Source of the DNA: Octopus bimaculoides
Lineage: Eukaryota
NCBI RefSeq assembly: GCF_001194135.2
Contig: NC_068983.1
Coordinates: 22,172,363-22,236,362, forward strand
Direction: 5' to 3'
Length of the DNA: 64,000 nt
Positions within the stretch are counted from its first letter, which is position 1; every line of letters begins with the position of its first letter. Positions 39,990 to 52,612 of this stretch are shown piece by piece. The position numbers and the translations under genes are program-made. Below the pieces are notes generated by a model. It searched no databases, was not told where the DNA came from, and saw nothing but the letters and a program-made list of their open reading frames with translations.

Positions 39990-40421
39990 GAGAAGACCCG
40001 GCAAGCCAAGTAAGATCGTTGCCAGTGCCCCTGGACTGGCTCTTGTGCGGGTGGCACATAAGATGCACCATTTTGAGCGTGGCCATTGCCAGTACCGCCT
40101 GACTGGCCTTCGTAGGATTTTCGAGCGAGATCGTTGCCAGTGCCCCTGGACTGGCTTTTGTGGGTGGCACATAAAAGACACCATTTCGAGCGTGGCCGTT
40201 GCCAGTATCGCCTGACTGGCCTTCGTGCAGGTNNNNNNNNNNNNNNNNNNNNNNNNNNNNNNNNNNNNNNNNNNNNNNNNNNNNNNNNNNNNNNNNNNNN
40301 NNNNNNNNNNNNNNNNNNNNNNNNNNNNNNNNNNNNNNNNNNNNNNNNNNNNNNNNNNNNNNNNNNNNNNNNNNNNNNNNNNCATGGAAAGCGGACGTTA
40401 AACGATGATGATGATGATGAT
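39990..40421 (+). mobile_element. RTE LINE 3' UTR with ~115-bp internal tandem duplication
   Basis: Repeat units begin at 40013 and 40128; ends CATGGAAAGCGGACGTTAAAC(GAT)n after an N gap. Confidence 0.8.
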
Positions 40422-40579
40422 ATAGGTCAGATTTACAGAAAATAAAAGATGACAACAGGTGTAGGAACAACAAGCAGGTGTATTAGTTTAATTATATATA
40501 TATATAGTTTTAATTTAATTTTAATTTTTAATAAATTGATTTTAATTGAGTTTTTACCTGTAATTTTGGATTTTTATCC

Positions 40580-40625
<46 letters not shown>

Positions 40626-41110
40626 TACATATATATTTACACACATACTCATGACAGACTTCTTTCAGTTTTCATCAACCAAATCCAATCACAAGGCTGT
40701 AAACAACTTTGCCCGCACTTGTCCCATGGAAGGCAATGTCTAGGTGCAAATATAAGGTCATTCATGACCAAAGGTCTTTACTCTTTCACTGACACTCATA
40801 TGTGCATGCTCACAAACAGCATTGGCAGTGGCGTCATTTTAATATCCACTTTCCATGCTTGAATGATCTGCACAGATATTTATTGAGGCAGATTTTCTAT
40901 GGCCAGATAACCTTCCTGTTGCCAATCCCTGCTTCTTTCCAAACAAGGTAATATTTTCCCTACGGAGAAACATGTTTTTGCACAATATTGGGAATGATGG
41001 CATTGCTTGTAAGGACAGTGATACTCAAGTACACCTATCACATGACATCAAAACAAGGTGACACAAACACACATGCATATACATTTATGATGTGTATGTA
41101 AAAGGGTAAG

Positions 41111-41423
41111 GACTCCCTTCAGTTAGGAATGACCATAGGATTGCACCAAGAAGGTCTCCCTGCAACACACAAGTCCATGCAAGGTTGTTTATGGAAGACC
41201 AACAGTCACCCATGCATATCAGTCTCCTCTCTCTCCATGCCAGTGAGGTTATCCAAGGGAAATGACAAAGGCCAGTAGAGCTTGGCACCAGTGATGTCAC
41301 AACTCGTTTCTACAGCTGAGTGAACTGGAGAATGTTCAAGAACACAACATAAAGCCCAGACTAGGAATCAAACTCACTACCTCATGATTGTGAGCCCAAT
41401 GTGCTAACCACTGAGCCATGCAA
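41111..41423 (-). mobile_element. Family C SINE
   Basis: Collinear with 7353-7661. Confidence 0.75.
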
Positions 41424-41824
41424 CTTCACCACATTGTATATACACACACAGAGGTTTGGTCAATCTGAGGTTTCTTTTAGTTTCCCTCTGCCAAATTGTC
41501 TGACAAGGCTTTGCTCAACCTGGGGGCTATAGTGAAAAACATTAGCCTGAGGTACTGCACAGAGGGACTGAACCCAAAACCATGTGGTTGTAAAACAAAC
41601 TTCTTAACCACTCAGCTGATCCAAGCCTGTTTTATATATGCCAAAGTGTCTATCACTCTCGGACAAGTTTTTCATCCCTGTCTTTGGTCAATAAGTGTCA
41701 TTTCTTATTTACTTATAGCTAGAAATCAAAGGAAATAACACTACTCTTCTCTTCTCTTCAAACTTTGCTTTTGTGACCTGGGCATCAATGTTTTGAAATT
41801 GACCTATTTCCCATTACATTTCAG

Positions 41825-41946
41825 ACGCATTCAGTACTCAGTTGCTGAAGCAGAAATATCGTTACAGCAAATATTCTGCTCAATATCACAGATTTGTTTT
41901 TCAGTTGCTTGGGCATAACCACCTGAGCATGTCCTATAGTGGCTGA
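41825..41946 (+). CDS. Candidate terminal exon of an unknown gene
   Basis: Acceptor TTTCCCATTACATTTCAG; frame (D)AFSTQLLKQKYRYSKYSAQYHRFVFQLLGHNHLSMSYSG*; non-repetitive sequence; no homology recognised. Confidence 0.2.
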
Positions 41947-42919
41947 CGATGTGTGTATCTCTGATCCTGAGCAGCAGGGAGGGTATCACAGCCATGTGTT
42001 GAGAGGGATTCTTCAAACTTATACGACCTCCTTAGTAAAAAACTAAGTCTTGAAAATGCACATTTGAAGTTGTTTTTTCTATTCGTATATATATGCATAT
42101 ATATATTACAAGCTCCATATATAGCAACATACTGAGATAGGTTATACACCATTCCACTCTTTGTAATCTGTGTCTCTAAAGCCAGCTTGTGCTACTCAAT
42201 ATTTTCATTACATAACTTCTAAAACTACTTAGGTGGAAAAATCAGCACACATCCAAAATTCCTAGCTGAAAAAGATAGCTGGTGTTATTAAGGGTCAAAT
42301 AATAAATAATCTAGGGTTTACAGCAATTCTAAATGTTTTAGATCATAATGTGAAAGTTCTGTTTCTCCCCCCACCCTCTACTTTGGCGATTAAACTACCA
42401 AAAAAGTTACAAACAGCCATTTTCATACCAGCAGTGTCTTTCATTAATAACCACGTAACCCCTCCTCTCACTCTCTCTCTCTATCTCTTTCTCTATCCTA
42501 ACTTCACTGCTTCTACTCTTTTGATCATCTTTTTCTACCTTTCACACACTATTTCCACTACCTTTTATCACATTCCTCTCCCCACTCCCCTATCATTCCC
42601 TTTGCATGCATGTCTGTCTGTCTGTCTATGTGAGTGCATGCGTGTAATTATTTATTCTGTAAATACAGAAAGAATGCATTTTCATGCAAAGCTTACTAAA
42701 AGTGCTCAATAGATTTCAATATCTTAAATTACACAAAATTCCTAAAGCCATATGTATATGTGTGTGCGTATACATATATATATATAGTTTTAGGGAAAAT
42801 AACCAAGTTTCAAGAACTCATTGATGAAAATCCACTATCACATAAAGCTCAATTTAATTTTAATTTTTTATAAATTGGTTTTAATCTGTAATTTTGGATT
42901 TTGTCCCTAATATTATTAC

Positions 42920-42955
<36 letters not shown>

Positions 42956-43413
42956 AACTTTTCTCTATGTCATTTAATCGCTAACACTTGCCTACCTGTA
43001 TGTCAGAGCCACCTCTTCTTCCAATATCACACAAACACGCACACACACACATATACACACATGAAAAACCTAATTTCTGTCTCTCTCTCCCTTTCTCTGT
43101 GTATGCATGTGGGTGTACATGTGTCTGTATGTGCACATGTGTGGGAAGAGAGCGGGAGGGAGAGAGACATAATCAAGTCACTTTTCTACATATGTCTATG
43201 TACATATATATATTTATGTACACACACACACACACACACACATCTTTAATTCCATCTCTCTCTCGCTCTCTATTTCCCATGCCATGTCCGTGTTCCTGAC
43301 ACCATCCTCTCTTCCTCACGCCACACCACAATCATTCCAGTGGTAGGCAGTGGTGCAGCCAGAGGAATCAATAGATGCACAAGTGTTGCCAGTGAATTAG
43401 AAGAGACAGTGAG

Positions 43414-43450
<37 letters not shown>

Positions 43451-44059
43451 GAGAGATTAAATAGAGAGAGAGATTAAATAGAGAGAGAGATTAAATAGAG
43501 AGAGAGAGAAGCAGAGAAGGGGGAGGGCAGAATGTTATTGTGTACAGTGTGAAAAATGAAGAAGACAAAAATACATATATGTTGAGAGATGATAGTCACA
43601 GAGTAGAAGTATTGAGCAAGAATACGGTAACTAGGTGGCATTGCCAACAGCAACAAGCTGGCAACAATACAATGGTAATGATGATGGCGATGAAAATGAT
43701 GATGAAGGTGGTGATGATACAGGAATGCTCCAAGAACAATGAACTAAAAGTGGTGAAATTATTTCAAATGCAAACTGAAGAAGCATCCAAATGTGTACAC
43801 ACACACTCACACAAAGGCATACAAATATACAGATACATGAATGCAGATACCATTTATATATGCACACATGAAATATAAGACATTTTTGTGTTTTTTTTTT
43901 TGGGGGGGGGGTGCACAACTGCAATATGTANNNNNNNNNNAAAAAAAAAAAAAAAAAAAAGAAAAAAACTATATGAACTTCACTATATCACAGTGCACTC
44001 ACCAACACACACCTACTATCAATGCAAATACACAAAGAATTTGTAAAGCAAAATATATT

Positions 44060-44286
44060 TTAACTCGTTTGTATTTAAAACTGGCCATATCCAGCCCAAA
44101 TAGTCCTGCTTTATGTTCAAACTGGCCAGATCCAGACTCTCACACCTCCTTTACAACATCATTCTAAAAATAAACAATCACATCATTGAAATATTGATAT
44201 TACTAGAGAATGCCTGATTAATTCAAAACAATGTGAATGAGCAGGCATTACATTTTCATAGAGTAATCTGAATGCTAAAGTGTTAA
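44060..44286. mobile_element. piggyBac-type MITE
   Basis: TTAA on both sides (44060-44063 and 44283-44286); body matches the family. Confidence 0.75.
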
Positions 44287-44600
44287 ATCAATTTAGTATA
44301 TGTGCAAAATATAAACAAATAAGTTTAATAGAAGTACAACTACAAGAAAGCCAAACAATACACTCTAGGTTGGTTAGGTGTTGCTGTATTGCTATTTGAC
44401 TTCACATTACTTTAATCTACACTACAGTCTCTACATTCTTTTCATATCATTGTCCTCATCACAGAACTTCTCAATGCTCAGCACAGTATAAAGACCATGC
44501 TTATAACCACTCAAATGTTGTAATCTTAGTAAAGGCAGAAATTTTAGCAAATTGGATAAAGTACCCTTGCAGTATGTTTAATTATGGTCTGAGTTCAAAT

Positions 44601-44775
44601 TCTCTTTTACTCTTTTACTTGTTTCAGTCATTTGACAGTGGCCATGCTGGAGGACTTATTCTTTGGAAGCCTAGTACTTATTCTATCAGTCTCTTTTGCC
44701 AAACTGCTAAGTTACGGGAACATAAACACACCACCATTGGTTGTCAACTGATGCTGGGGGGACAAACACAGACAC

Positions 44776-44818
<43 letters not shown>

Positions 44819-44994
44819 TATACATATATACGACAGGCTTCTTTCAGTATCCGTCTACCAAATCCACTCATAAGACTTTGGTCGGCCCAAAGCTATAGTA
44901 GGAGACACTTACCCAAGGTGCCACGCAGTGGGACTGAACCCGGAACCATGTGGTTGGTAAGCAAGCTACTTACCACACAGCCACTCCTGTGCCT
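44601..44994 (-). mobile_element. Family A SINE, full-length
   Basis: Near reverse complement of 13085-13506, with an internal (TA)n tract. Confidence 0.85.
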
Positions 44995-47079
44995 ATGCTG
45001 AGGTTTTTTTTTTTTTTTAACTTTCATACTTAGGGTGGGGATTAAATCTTTAAAAAAAAAAATCCCTATTCAAGTACTGGTGTCAATATAATCAGCTGTT
45101 CTCCCTTGAAGATATCAAGAAGGCAGATCACTGACTTGCAAATATCTTTGTATGCTTAAAGGTCAAACGATTGACTATACTGAAAAATAATAGCATGGCT
45201 GTACACACACACAATTATTAAGAAATATTCTTTGCAACCACATAGTTTCAGACACAGCTTTACTGTGTGATGCCTTGGTAAAGCCTAAAGCCAACCAATG
45301 CCTTGAGTTAATTTGTTAATTTGGTAGGTGGAAACTATACACAGCCTGCCATGTGTATGCACACGTACAGGTGCATCTGTGTGCATGTGCCTGTGTTAAT
45401 GCTTATATTCTTCATGTTGCATGGAGGGGAAAAAAAAACTAAGAACGGCAAGTGATTGTTGGCATTTCTTTGTCATTAACTCATCAAGTAACTCTCAGAG
45501 GAAAAGAAAATGAGAAATAAAAACTCTCTCTCACTTGAAAAACAAACAAAGGGTTATCGACAGTTCATGGTAACCAACTGGCTCTTAAAAACAATGCCTA
45601 AATAATCCTATATTTATCTAACACATGGAAAACAGGTGTAAAATTAATGAACAACAAACAAGAGTAGTGGTGGTGGTAGTGATGATAGAAGAAGAAGAAG
45701 AAGAAGAANNNNNNNNNNNNNNNNNNNNNNNNNNNNNNNNNNNNNNNNNNNNNNNNNNNNNNNNNNNGAGGAGGAGGAGGAGGGGGAAGAAGAAGAGGGG
45801 GGAGGAGGCGGCTATGAGAACTGTTACCCAAAGCAAACAGTAACAGGGTAAATAAAGTCATGGGGGTAAACGGTGTGAGAATTTATAAATATAAAATTTC
45901 CTGACTGTTATTATTTTAAGGCAATGGATTGCAAAGTTCGTAGAGCATCATATGACAGACTTTCATGCATAAAACAGATTAAATGTGCCGAATAATTGCT
46001 CGTTCAAAACAACAGCAATATGGAATTAAAGAGCCAACATGAGTTACTATAGAGCGAAGAAACGATGGCATCTGAACTCTCTGCAAACCACATACGCTAC
46101 CATCTTCTAGAATAAAAGGGATACAATTTGGATAATATCTCTGGATATATTGTCTTCAAATATGATAGAATGGCTTTGATTGAAACACTTTGATTACAAC
46201 AATGAGAGTCTATGCAATGAGGTTGGCCTGATGAACACAGCAACAGTAACAAAAAGATTCAGTATATGACTACCTACTTCAGTTTTGAACCAATGATTGG
46301 TGATACAAAGCATCAAGCATCTTATCTTCCAATTTCTTACAATCTCAAGCTAAGACTTTCTGACAACCCCACTACAATATGTTATCTTGTTACATAAAAA
46401 AAGCCCCTTTTTTATGTAGTTTCCCCACCAGTTTGTATATCTAGAAAGATCCAATGTAAGCATTATCCATTAAAAACAAACAAAAAAAAAGGCTGTATGT
46501 GATCGGATGGACATTGGCTGCTATTTCTAGCAGATTGTGTGATTATAAAAGACAATTTTTCATTGTCTCTTTAATTCTATTTTTAATCTCACCTCATTGC
46601 CCATCCCTTGACACTAACCATTTAACAATACTGGAAAAATAACAGCATTTGATCTGATGCAAACACATCTCTCTCTCTCTCTCTCTCTCTCCCTCTCTTT
46701 CAAACAGCTTCTTTGAAGGTACATTGGTCACTGTAATAACTAAAGTTAACACAAGTGTCATTTAAAGATTTAAGACATCTATGATGACAGAAAGAAAACT
46801 CTTCTTTAAACATAAGAATGGTAATATATTCAGGTAATGTTAGTTGGCCAGTGTGTTTGTGTATAAATTTGCATATGAAACTGTGTATATTTAATGGAAG
46901 AGGACACAGAAAAATGCTCAGAGAGAGAGAGAGAAAGAGAAGTAATGAAAGTAGAGACAAAGAAATGGAATGATACAGACAATGAAACCTACACATGGAT
47001 ATGGACTGAGAGGCAAACAAACACAGACAAATACAGTTGAGTAAACATGGATTGACACACACAGGCAAACATAGGCTAC

Positions 47080-47385
47080 CACATGGGCAAGTATGCACCC
47101 ACTCACAGGTGTACATTGAGACATGTCTTAGTGTGTACCAACATATGAGCAAGTATGCACCAATCCATGGACAAGTATGCCCCGACACATAAGGGTGTGC
47201 TAACACGAGCAAGTGTGCACTGAAAGATGAGCAAGTATGGCCCAATGCATGGGTAAATGTGCATCAATGCATGAGCAAGTATGCACCAATATATGGGCAG
47301 GTGTACATCAATGCATATGCAAGTCTACAGTGTAGTGCAAGTGTGCACCAATGCATATGCAAGTGTACAGTGTAGCACAAGCAGG
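47080..47385. repeat. Degenerate ~22-bp minisatellite
   Basis: Units resembling CATGAGCAAGTATGCACCAATG recur about 11 times. Confidence 0.7.
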
Positions 47386-47477
47386 AGTGCAATGTCCTGC
47401 AAGTGTTCTTCCTTTCCTTCTTTCTGACTTCTACACCCCCAGCTGTACTTTCTCCCCTCTCCCACACATCTACAAGG

Positions 47478-47536
<59 letters not shown>

Positions 47537-48009
47537 CATCATAGGCGCAGGAGTAGCTGTGTGGTAGGTAGCTTGCTTACCNNNNNNNNNNNNNNNNNNN
47601 NNNNNNNNNNNNNNNNNNNNNNNNNNNNNNNNNNNNNNNNNNNNNNNNNNNNNNNNNNNNNNNNNNNNNNNNNNNNNNNNNNNNNNNNNNNNNNNNNNNN
47701 NNNNNNNNNNNNNNNNNNNNNNNNNNNNNNNNNNNNNNNNNNNNNNNNNNNNNNNNNNNNNNNNNNNNNNNNNNNNNNNNNNNNNNNNNNNNNNNNNNNN
47801 NNNNNNNNNNNNNNNNNNNNNNNNNNNNNNNNNNNNNNNNNNNNNNNNNNNNNNNNNNNNNNNNNNNNNNNNNNNNNNNNNNNNNNNNNNNNNNNNNNNN
47901 NNNNNNNNNNNNNNNNNNNNNNNNNNNNNNNNNNNNNNNNNNNNNNNNNNNNNNNNNNNNNNNNNNNNNNNNNNNNNNNNNNNNNNNNNNNNNNNNNNNN
48001 NNNNNNNNN

Positions 48010-48086
<77 letters not shown>

Positions 48087-48848
48087 GTATATATGAGCAT
48101 ATTTATGTATGCACGTGCATGTATATATACACTCACACACACACATACACTTATACGAATTTCATTTTTTTACATATTTTAATAAACTGCACAGGCGCAA
48201 ATGAATTCCTGACATAAATCCAGTGGCATATCCCACCATTACTGTTGATGACATCAGGAGGCCGAATACTGACAACAGGCTTTAAACAGCACACTACAAG
48301 GTGCATACCTCAAAATAACATTATAACACACACACACACATACACACTGGAGGTGTACTTGCTAAGCAAATTGTAGTGACCTACTGCACTGATTAGACAA
48401 AGCACCAAGGAAAGTATAAGTAGAGCAGCCAGCATACACACAGTANNNNNNNNNNNNNNNNNNNNNNNNNNNNNNNNNNNNNNNNNNNNNNNNNNNNNNN
48501 NNNNNNNNNNNNNNNNNNNNNNNNNNNNNNNNNNNNNNNNNNNNNNNNNNNNNNNNNNNNNNNNNNNNNNNNNNAGAGAGAGAGAGAGAGGGAGAGAGAA
48601 AGAGAGAGGGAGAGAGAAAGAGAGAGAGAAACAGAGATAGATAGATATAAATAAATATAGATATATAAATATATGTGTATATATATAAAATATGATATAA
48701 TAGATTACATCATTAGCTTAGCTAATGACGTCTCTAGACTGGTTTCACACCCTTAAGTAGTTGGTAAGTAGTCACAGTCAGTTGCTCCTTAGTGTGGAGC
48801 AGTGAATGGGGGGGGGGGGTGATTAAAACGGAATTAAGACGTTGGTTG

Positions 48849-48883
<35 letters not shown>

Positions 48884-49199
48884 ACAAAAGTGGTGGTGTA
48901 GATGGTGAGAAGTTGGTGGAAAAAGTTAGCTATAATCAGCAATAGCGTTGATGACGACGACGATGTCAATGTGTGCAAGTCAACCTTCACTAAACAAAGA
49001 TCTATATATAATAAATGGCTATTCCAGCCGTGGCCATCCTTCCTTAAAGTACTGTAGATCTTAATTCTTCAATGTTTCCTTACCTACGACGGTGGGAGAA
49101 CAGAATTTGAAGGAATTCTTGGCTGTTGTTTCTAGTGTGTCGAGCGACTGACTACGTTGGAGCTCCCGTCGTCCCAGGCCACGCCAAGCAGATATAATA

Positions 49200-49331
49200 C
49201 AGGGTGTCCACAAAGTCTGGGTACATGGAGATTAACACATACTTTAAGAAATTATTATTTCTTACATTTAATTGTTTATGTTATGATTTTATTTACTCCA
49301 CTCCGTGTACCCACACCTTGTGGACACCCTG
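49200..49331. mobile_element. Tc1/mariner-type MITE, 132 bp
   Basis: TA-CAGGGTGTCCACAAAGTCTGGGTACA...TGTACCCACACCTTGTGGACACCCTG-TA: 26-bp TIRs with 2 mismatches and a TA target duplication. Confidence 0.9.
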
Positions 49332-50391
49332 TATGACCAAAGCCATTCCAGCAATTGTCACCTAGCCTTTTTACCCGGAACCATATTAGCCAACGTCTTT
49401 TTTAAATTTTTTTTATTTTTTTGCTTGACCGGAATCCTATTATTTCCAGCAGGTCGGGTGACTATGTTGAGGAGAGAAGAGAGAGATGTGTGTGTGTGTG
49501 TGTGTAAGTAATGATATAATGGCCACAGTGAAGTTGCTGAACAATAACAATAAATGGTGGTGGTGGTGATGGTGGTGGTGCTATCGGCTGCTGACAACGA
49601 TGGTGATTGTTATTCATTAAGTAGATGATGATGGTGGTAGTAAGGCTGGTAGTGGTGGTGGTGGTGGTGGTGGTGGCGGCGACGGGGATAGATGTAGTGA
49701 AGGTGACGATGGATAAATAAGAGCAGCAGAAAACGTAAAGCAAATAACGCTAGCAGCAATTGTTGGCGGCGGCGGTGATGACGCCGGCGGCAATGGTGAG
49801 CAGGAAGCTAGAGGCGCGAGGTGTAATAAGTGGTGAATTGATCCGACTTAATGATATTTAAGACAGATTTAAACAGGTAAACTGTACTAATGAAACACAC
49901 AGAGATACAGATACACACACATACACCTATGAGTGTGTATGTTTGTATAAACACCTCGGATAAACTCTACCAGCTGACGCAAAAAAATAACAATATAACA
50001 TCTGTAATGAGCGAATAAAAAAGACACACACACACACATACATACATACATAACACCATTAACACGTTGGCTAAAGCATGACAAAAATAGATAGAGATCA
50101 TTCGTTTGACTAACAGACATATAGATACATTTCGGCTAACAACAACAACGAGGAAACAATACGGCTATTTTGAGTTATAGAAATCACAGCAAGTAAGAAA
50201 TAGCCAAAGCAATGAAAACAAACCGCAAAAATAAACTGCTGTAGAGCTGTTAACGCAGTTGTCGATTATTTTTCCTTTTTACACTGTTTTTTTTTTTCTA
50301 TTGTAGTTTTTCTAACCTTAGAAGATACAATAACAGTAAATAGATATACATCTGTAATACAGAAACTAATGCACATACATAACACAATACA

Positions 50392-51837
50392 ATGGATACG
50401 AACAGCAATTTAAATCAATATCTCACTATCAGAACCTACGTGAAAAAACAAACATTAAGGAATATTAGCAGCAAGAATGAGGGAATTAGCGGACAGTCGA
50501 TCGAAGAAATGCCAGAACCAAACGAAAACGGCACCAGTGTTCAGAGTAGCAGCAAAGAAAATCTTTCTGTAATCTTGAACAACCGAGAGTTCAGCCATGG
50601 GGTAAAGAATGGATGTATCGATGTGTTAATGAATAACAACAAGAATAAGCTATTAGAAGTCAGACAACAATTTGGACAACAGAAAAGGATCGAAGACTGC
50701 TCTAATCTCGAGAATAGTCTCCATGCCGATGATAATGGGACGAATGAAAGTGATGCGGGAAGTGACGAAGAACAAGATCTTACTTTCAGTGGAGAAAGCC
50801 AGCCAACATCAGAAGGAGAGGACAAAACTACGTATTACAGTTCAACGAACAATGCCGAAACGAGTTCGATATCCGATGAGACAGACTTGACTCTTCAAGC
50901 AAACAGTGATATGGAAGAAGACTGTGTAAACTTTGCAGACGATAATGAACACTGGTATGTGAATGAACCCACGTGGAAATATGTGTGGAAGTCATATTCC
51001 GATAACGACAAGACGAAAGGCGAATATGTCTGGACCAAAGTTAAAAACGAAAATGGCAGCAAGGAGATTTATTGGGGAAATATACGAAATATGGAGGATG
51101 AATGGATACCGCAAACAGTTCCTATTAAAGAGAAAAGAAGCTGGGTGCCGAAACTAATAGCAGGGAAAGAACATGGCGAAACTATCTGGTACTACATGAT
51201 GCCATATATACCCAAAACAGTTGAAGCTAGGAAACGAACATTGGAACACATTCCACAACTAATCAAAGATAAAGGGACAAGCAGTTGGCTTTCTCAGTTG
51301 AAGTTTACGAAGAAGGGAAATAAAACCGTCTGGTACTGCAAGCTAACACCGGCACCTGAAGAACCAGAAGATAAAAAGAGCATTTCCTCAACAACAACAA
51401 CACCACGGATTAATAGTAATAATGGTCCAATGTTGGCTGCTGCTCCTGTAATACTTCCCCTACCAGAATTTTCAGCTGCCAAGGAAGAAAAAACCAAAGA
51501 TAAAAATTCTAATTTACCGGAACTGAGGAAAATAGCAGGTAAGCCGAGTCAATGGTTTTCAAAGTTAATCAAAGACACCGACAACACTCAGGAACCGAAA
51601 TGCAGCCAAGCAACCGATGTTTCGTCAATACACGAACCTGTTCCTCGCAATGTATCTGAAGAGGTAAGACACAACAACTGCGATGGTAAAAAACACAACA
51701 AGCTTCAGTTACTGGAAAATATAACACCTTTCTCGAAAGAAGCAGGCTTAAAAAAGAAAAAAATACAGACAGACAGTAAGAGTGTTTGGTACAAAGATAT
51801 TCTCCAAGAATCAGACGATTTCCATGACAAAAAATAA
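50392..51837 (+). CDS. Single-exon 481-aa protein of unknown function with an acidic disordered N-terminus and Trp-rich repeat core
   Basis: 1446-nt stop-free, gap-free, non-microsatellite ORF in ~35% GC background; good start context (ACAATGG); internal protein repeat; AATAAA downstream. Confidence 0.8.
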   Translation: MDTNSNLNQYLTIRTYVKKQTLRNISSKNEGISGQSIEEMPEPNENGTSVQSSSKENLSVILNNREFSHGVKNGCIDVLMNNNKNKLLEVRQQFGQQKRIEDCSNLENSLHADDNGTNESDAGSDEEQDLTFSGESQPTSEGEDKTTYYSSTNNAETSSISDETDLTLQANSDMEEDCVNFADDNEHWYVNEPTWKYVWKSYSDNDKTKGEYVWTKVKNENGSKEIYWGNIRNMEDEWIPQTVPIKEKRSWVPKLIAGKEHGETIWYYMMPYIPKTVEARKRTLEHIPQLIKDKGTSSWLSQLKFTKKGNKTVWYCKLTPAPEEPEDKKSISSTTTTPRINSNNGPMLAAAPVILPLPEFSAAKEEKTKDKNSNLPELRKIAGKPSQWFSKLIKDTDNTQEPKCSQATDVSSIHEPVPRNVSEEVRHNNCDGKKHNKLQLLENITPFSKEAGLKKKKIQTDSKSVWYKDILQESDDFHDKK

Positions 51838-52269
51838 CGCACGCACACAAATGAAGGGCACTCGCGCGCACACACTCACAAAACAGAAAGATGAATACAC
51901 ACACACACACACTGCACTTGGCTTAGCACTTTGCCTGTCCTGCATATCATATGTGACACCCAGGACATATTTATCTGACATTCTTGTACCAGATTAAATT
52001 GGGATTTCTGAAAGGAAAGCTTTATATTACCCAGAACGTGTGAAACAAACTAAAAGTCTGAAAACAAGCGTGGAAGTTAAGGGCAAAACTTAAGGAAATG
52101 CTCTGGACAGGCAAAGGGTTAACAAATCGTGCTCTGTCTCCCTAGCATGAAAAGTAAACTAATCATGAAATATCAGTTAAGTAGAAAAAAAGAAACTGCC
52201 ATAGCCAATTTACATACATGCAAAAAAATATCTCCCTATTTTGTCACTTAGGTTTCAAAAAGTCTGTAA

Positions 52270-52275
52270 AATAAA
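52270..52275 (+). terminator. Candidate polyadenylation signal for the 481-aa gene
   Basis: AATAAA about 430 nt after the stop; another near 52360; weak evidence in AT-rich DNA. Confidence 0.3.
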
Positions 52276-52579
52276 GCCATTTTCACACCACACAACTGCT
52301 CCCTGTCGTCTGACATGAAACTGTTCATATTTCACTATTTTAATCTTAGTTTCATGTTCAAAATAAACCAAAGCAACATTTACGCTGATCTCATGTATTT
52401 CTGAGTTCAAATAGCACACCAAAAAAAAAAGAAGAAAAGAAAAAGAAAAATCTTTAAAAAAAAAAGCCGCCAAATCGTGGAGCTACATTTTCTAACCATG
52501 CCTTTCACACACACACATACACACACGAAGAATGGTAACAGTGACTTCGAAGTTTCCGCCTGCTAGCTTTCATTGTTTC

Positions 52580-52612
<33 letters not shown>

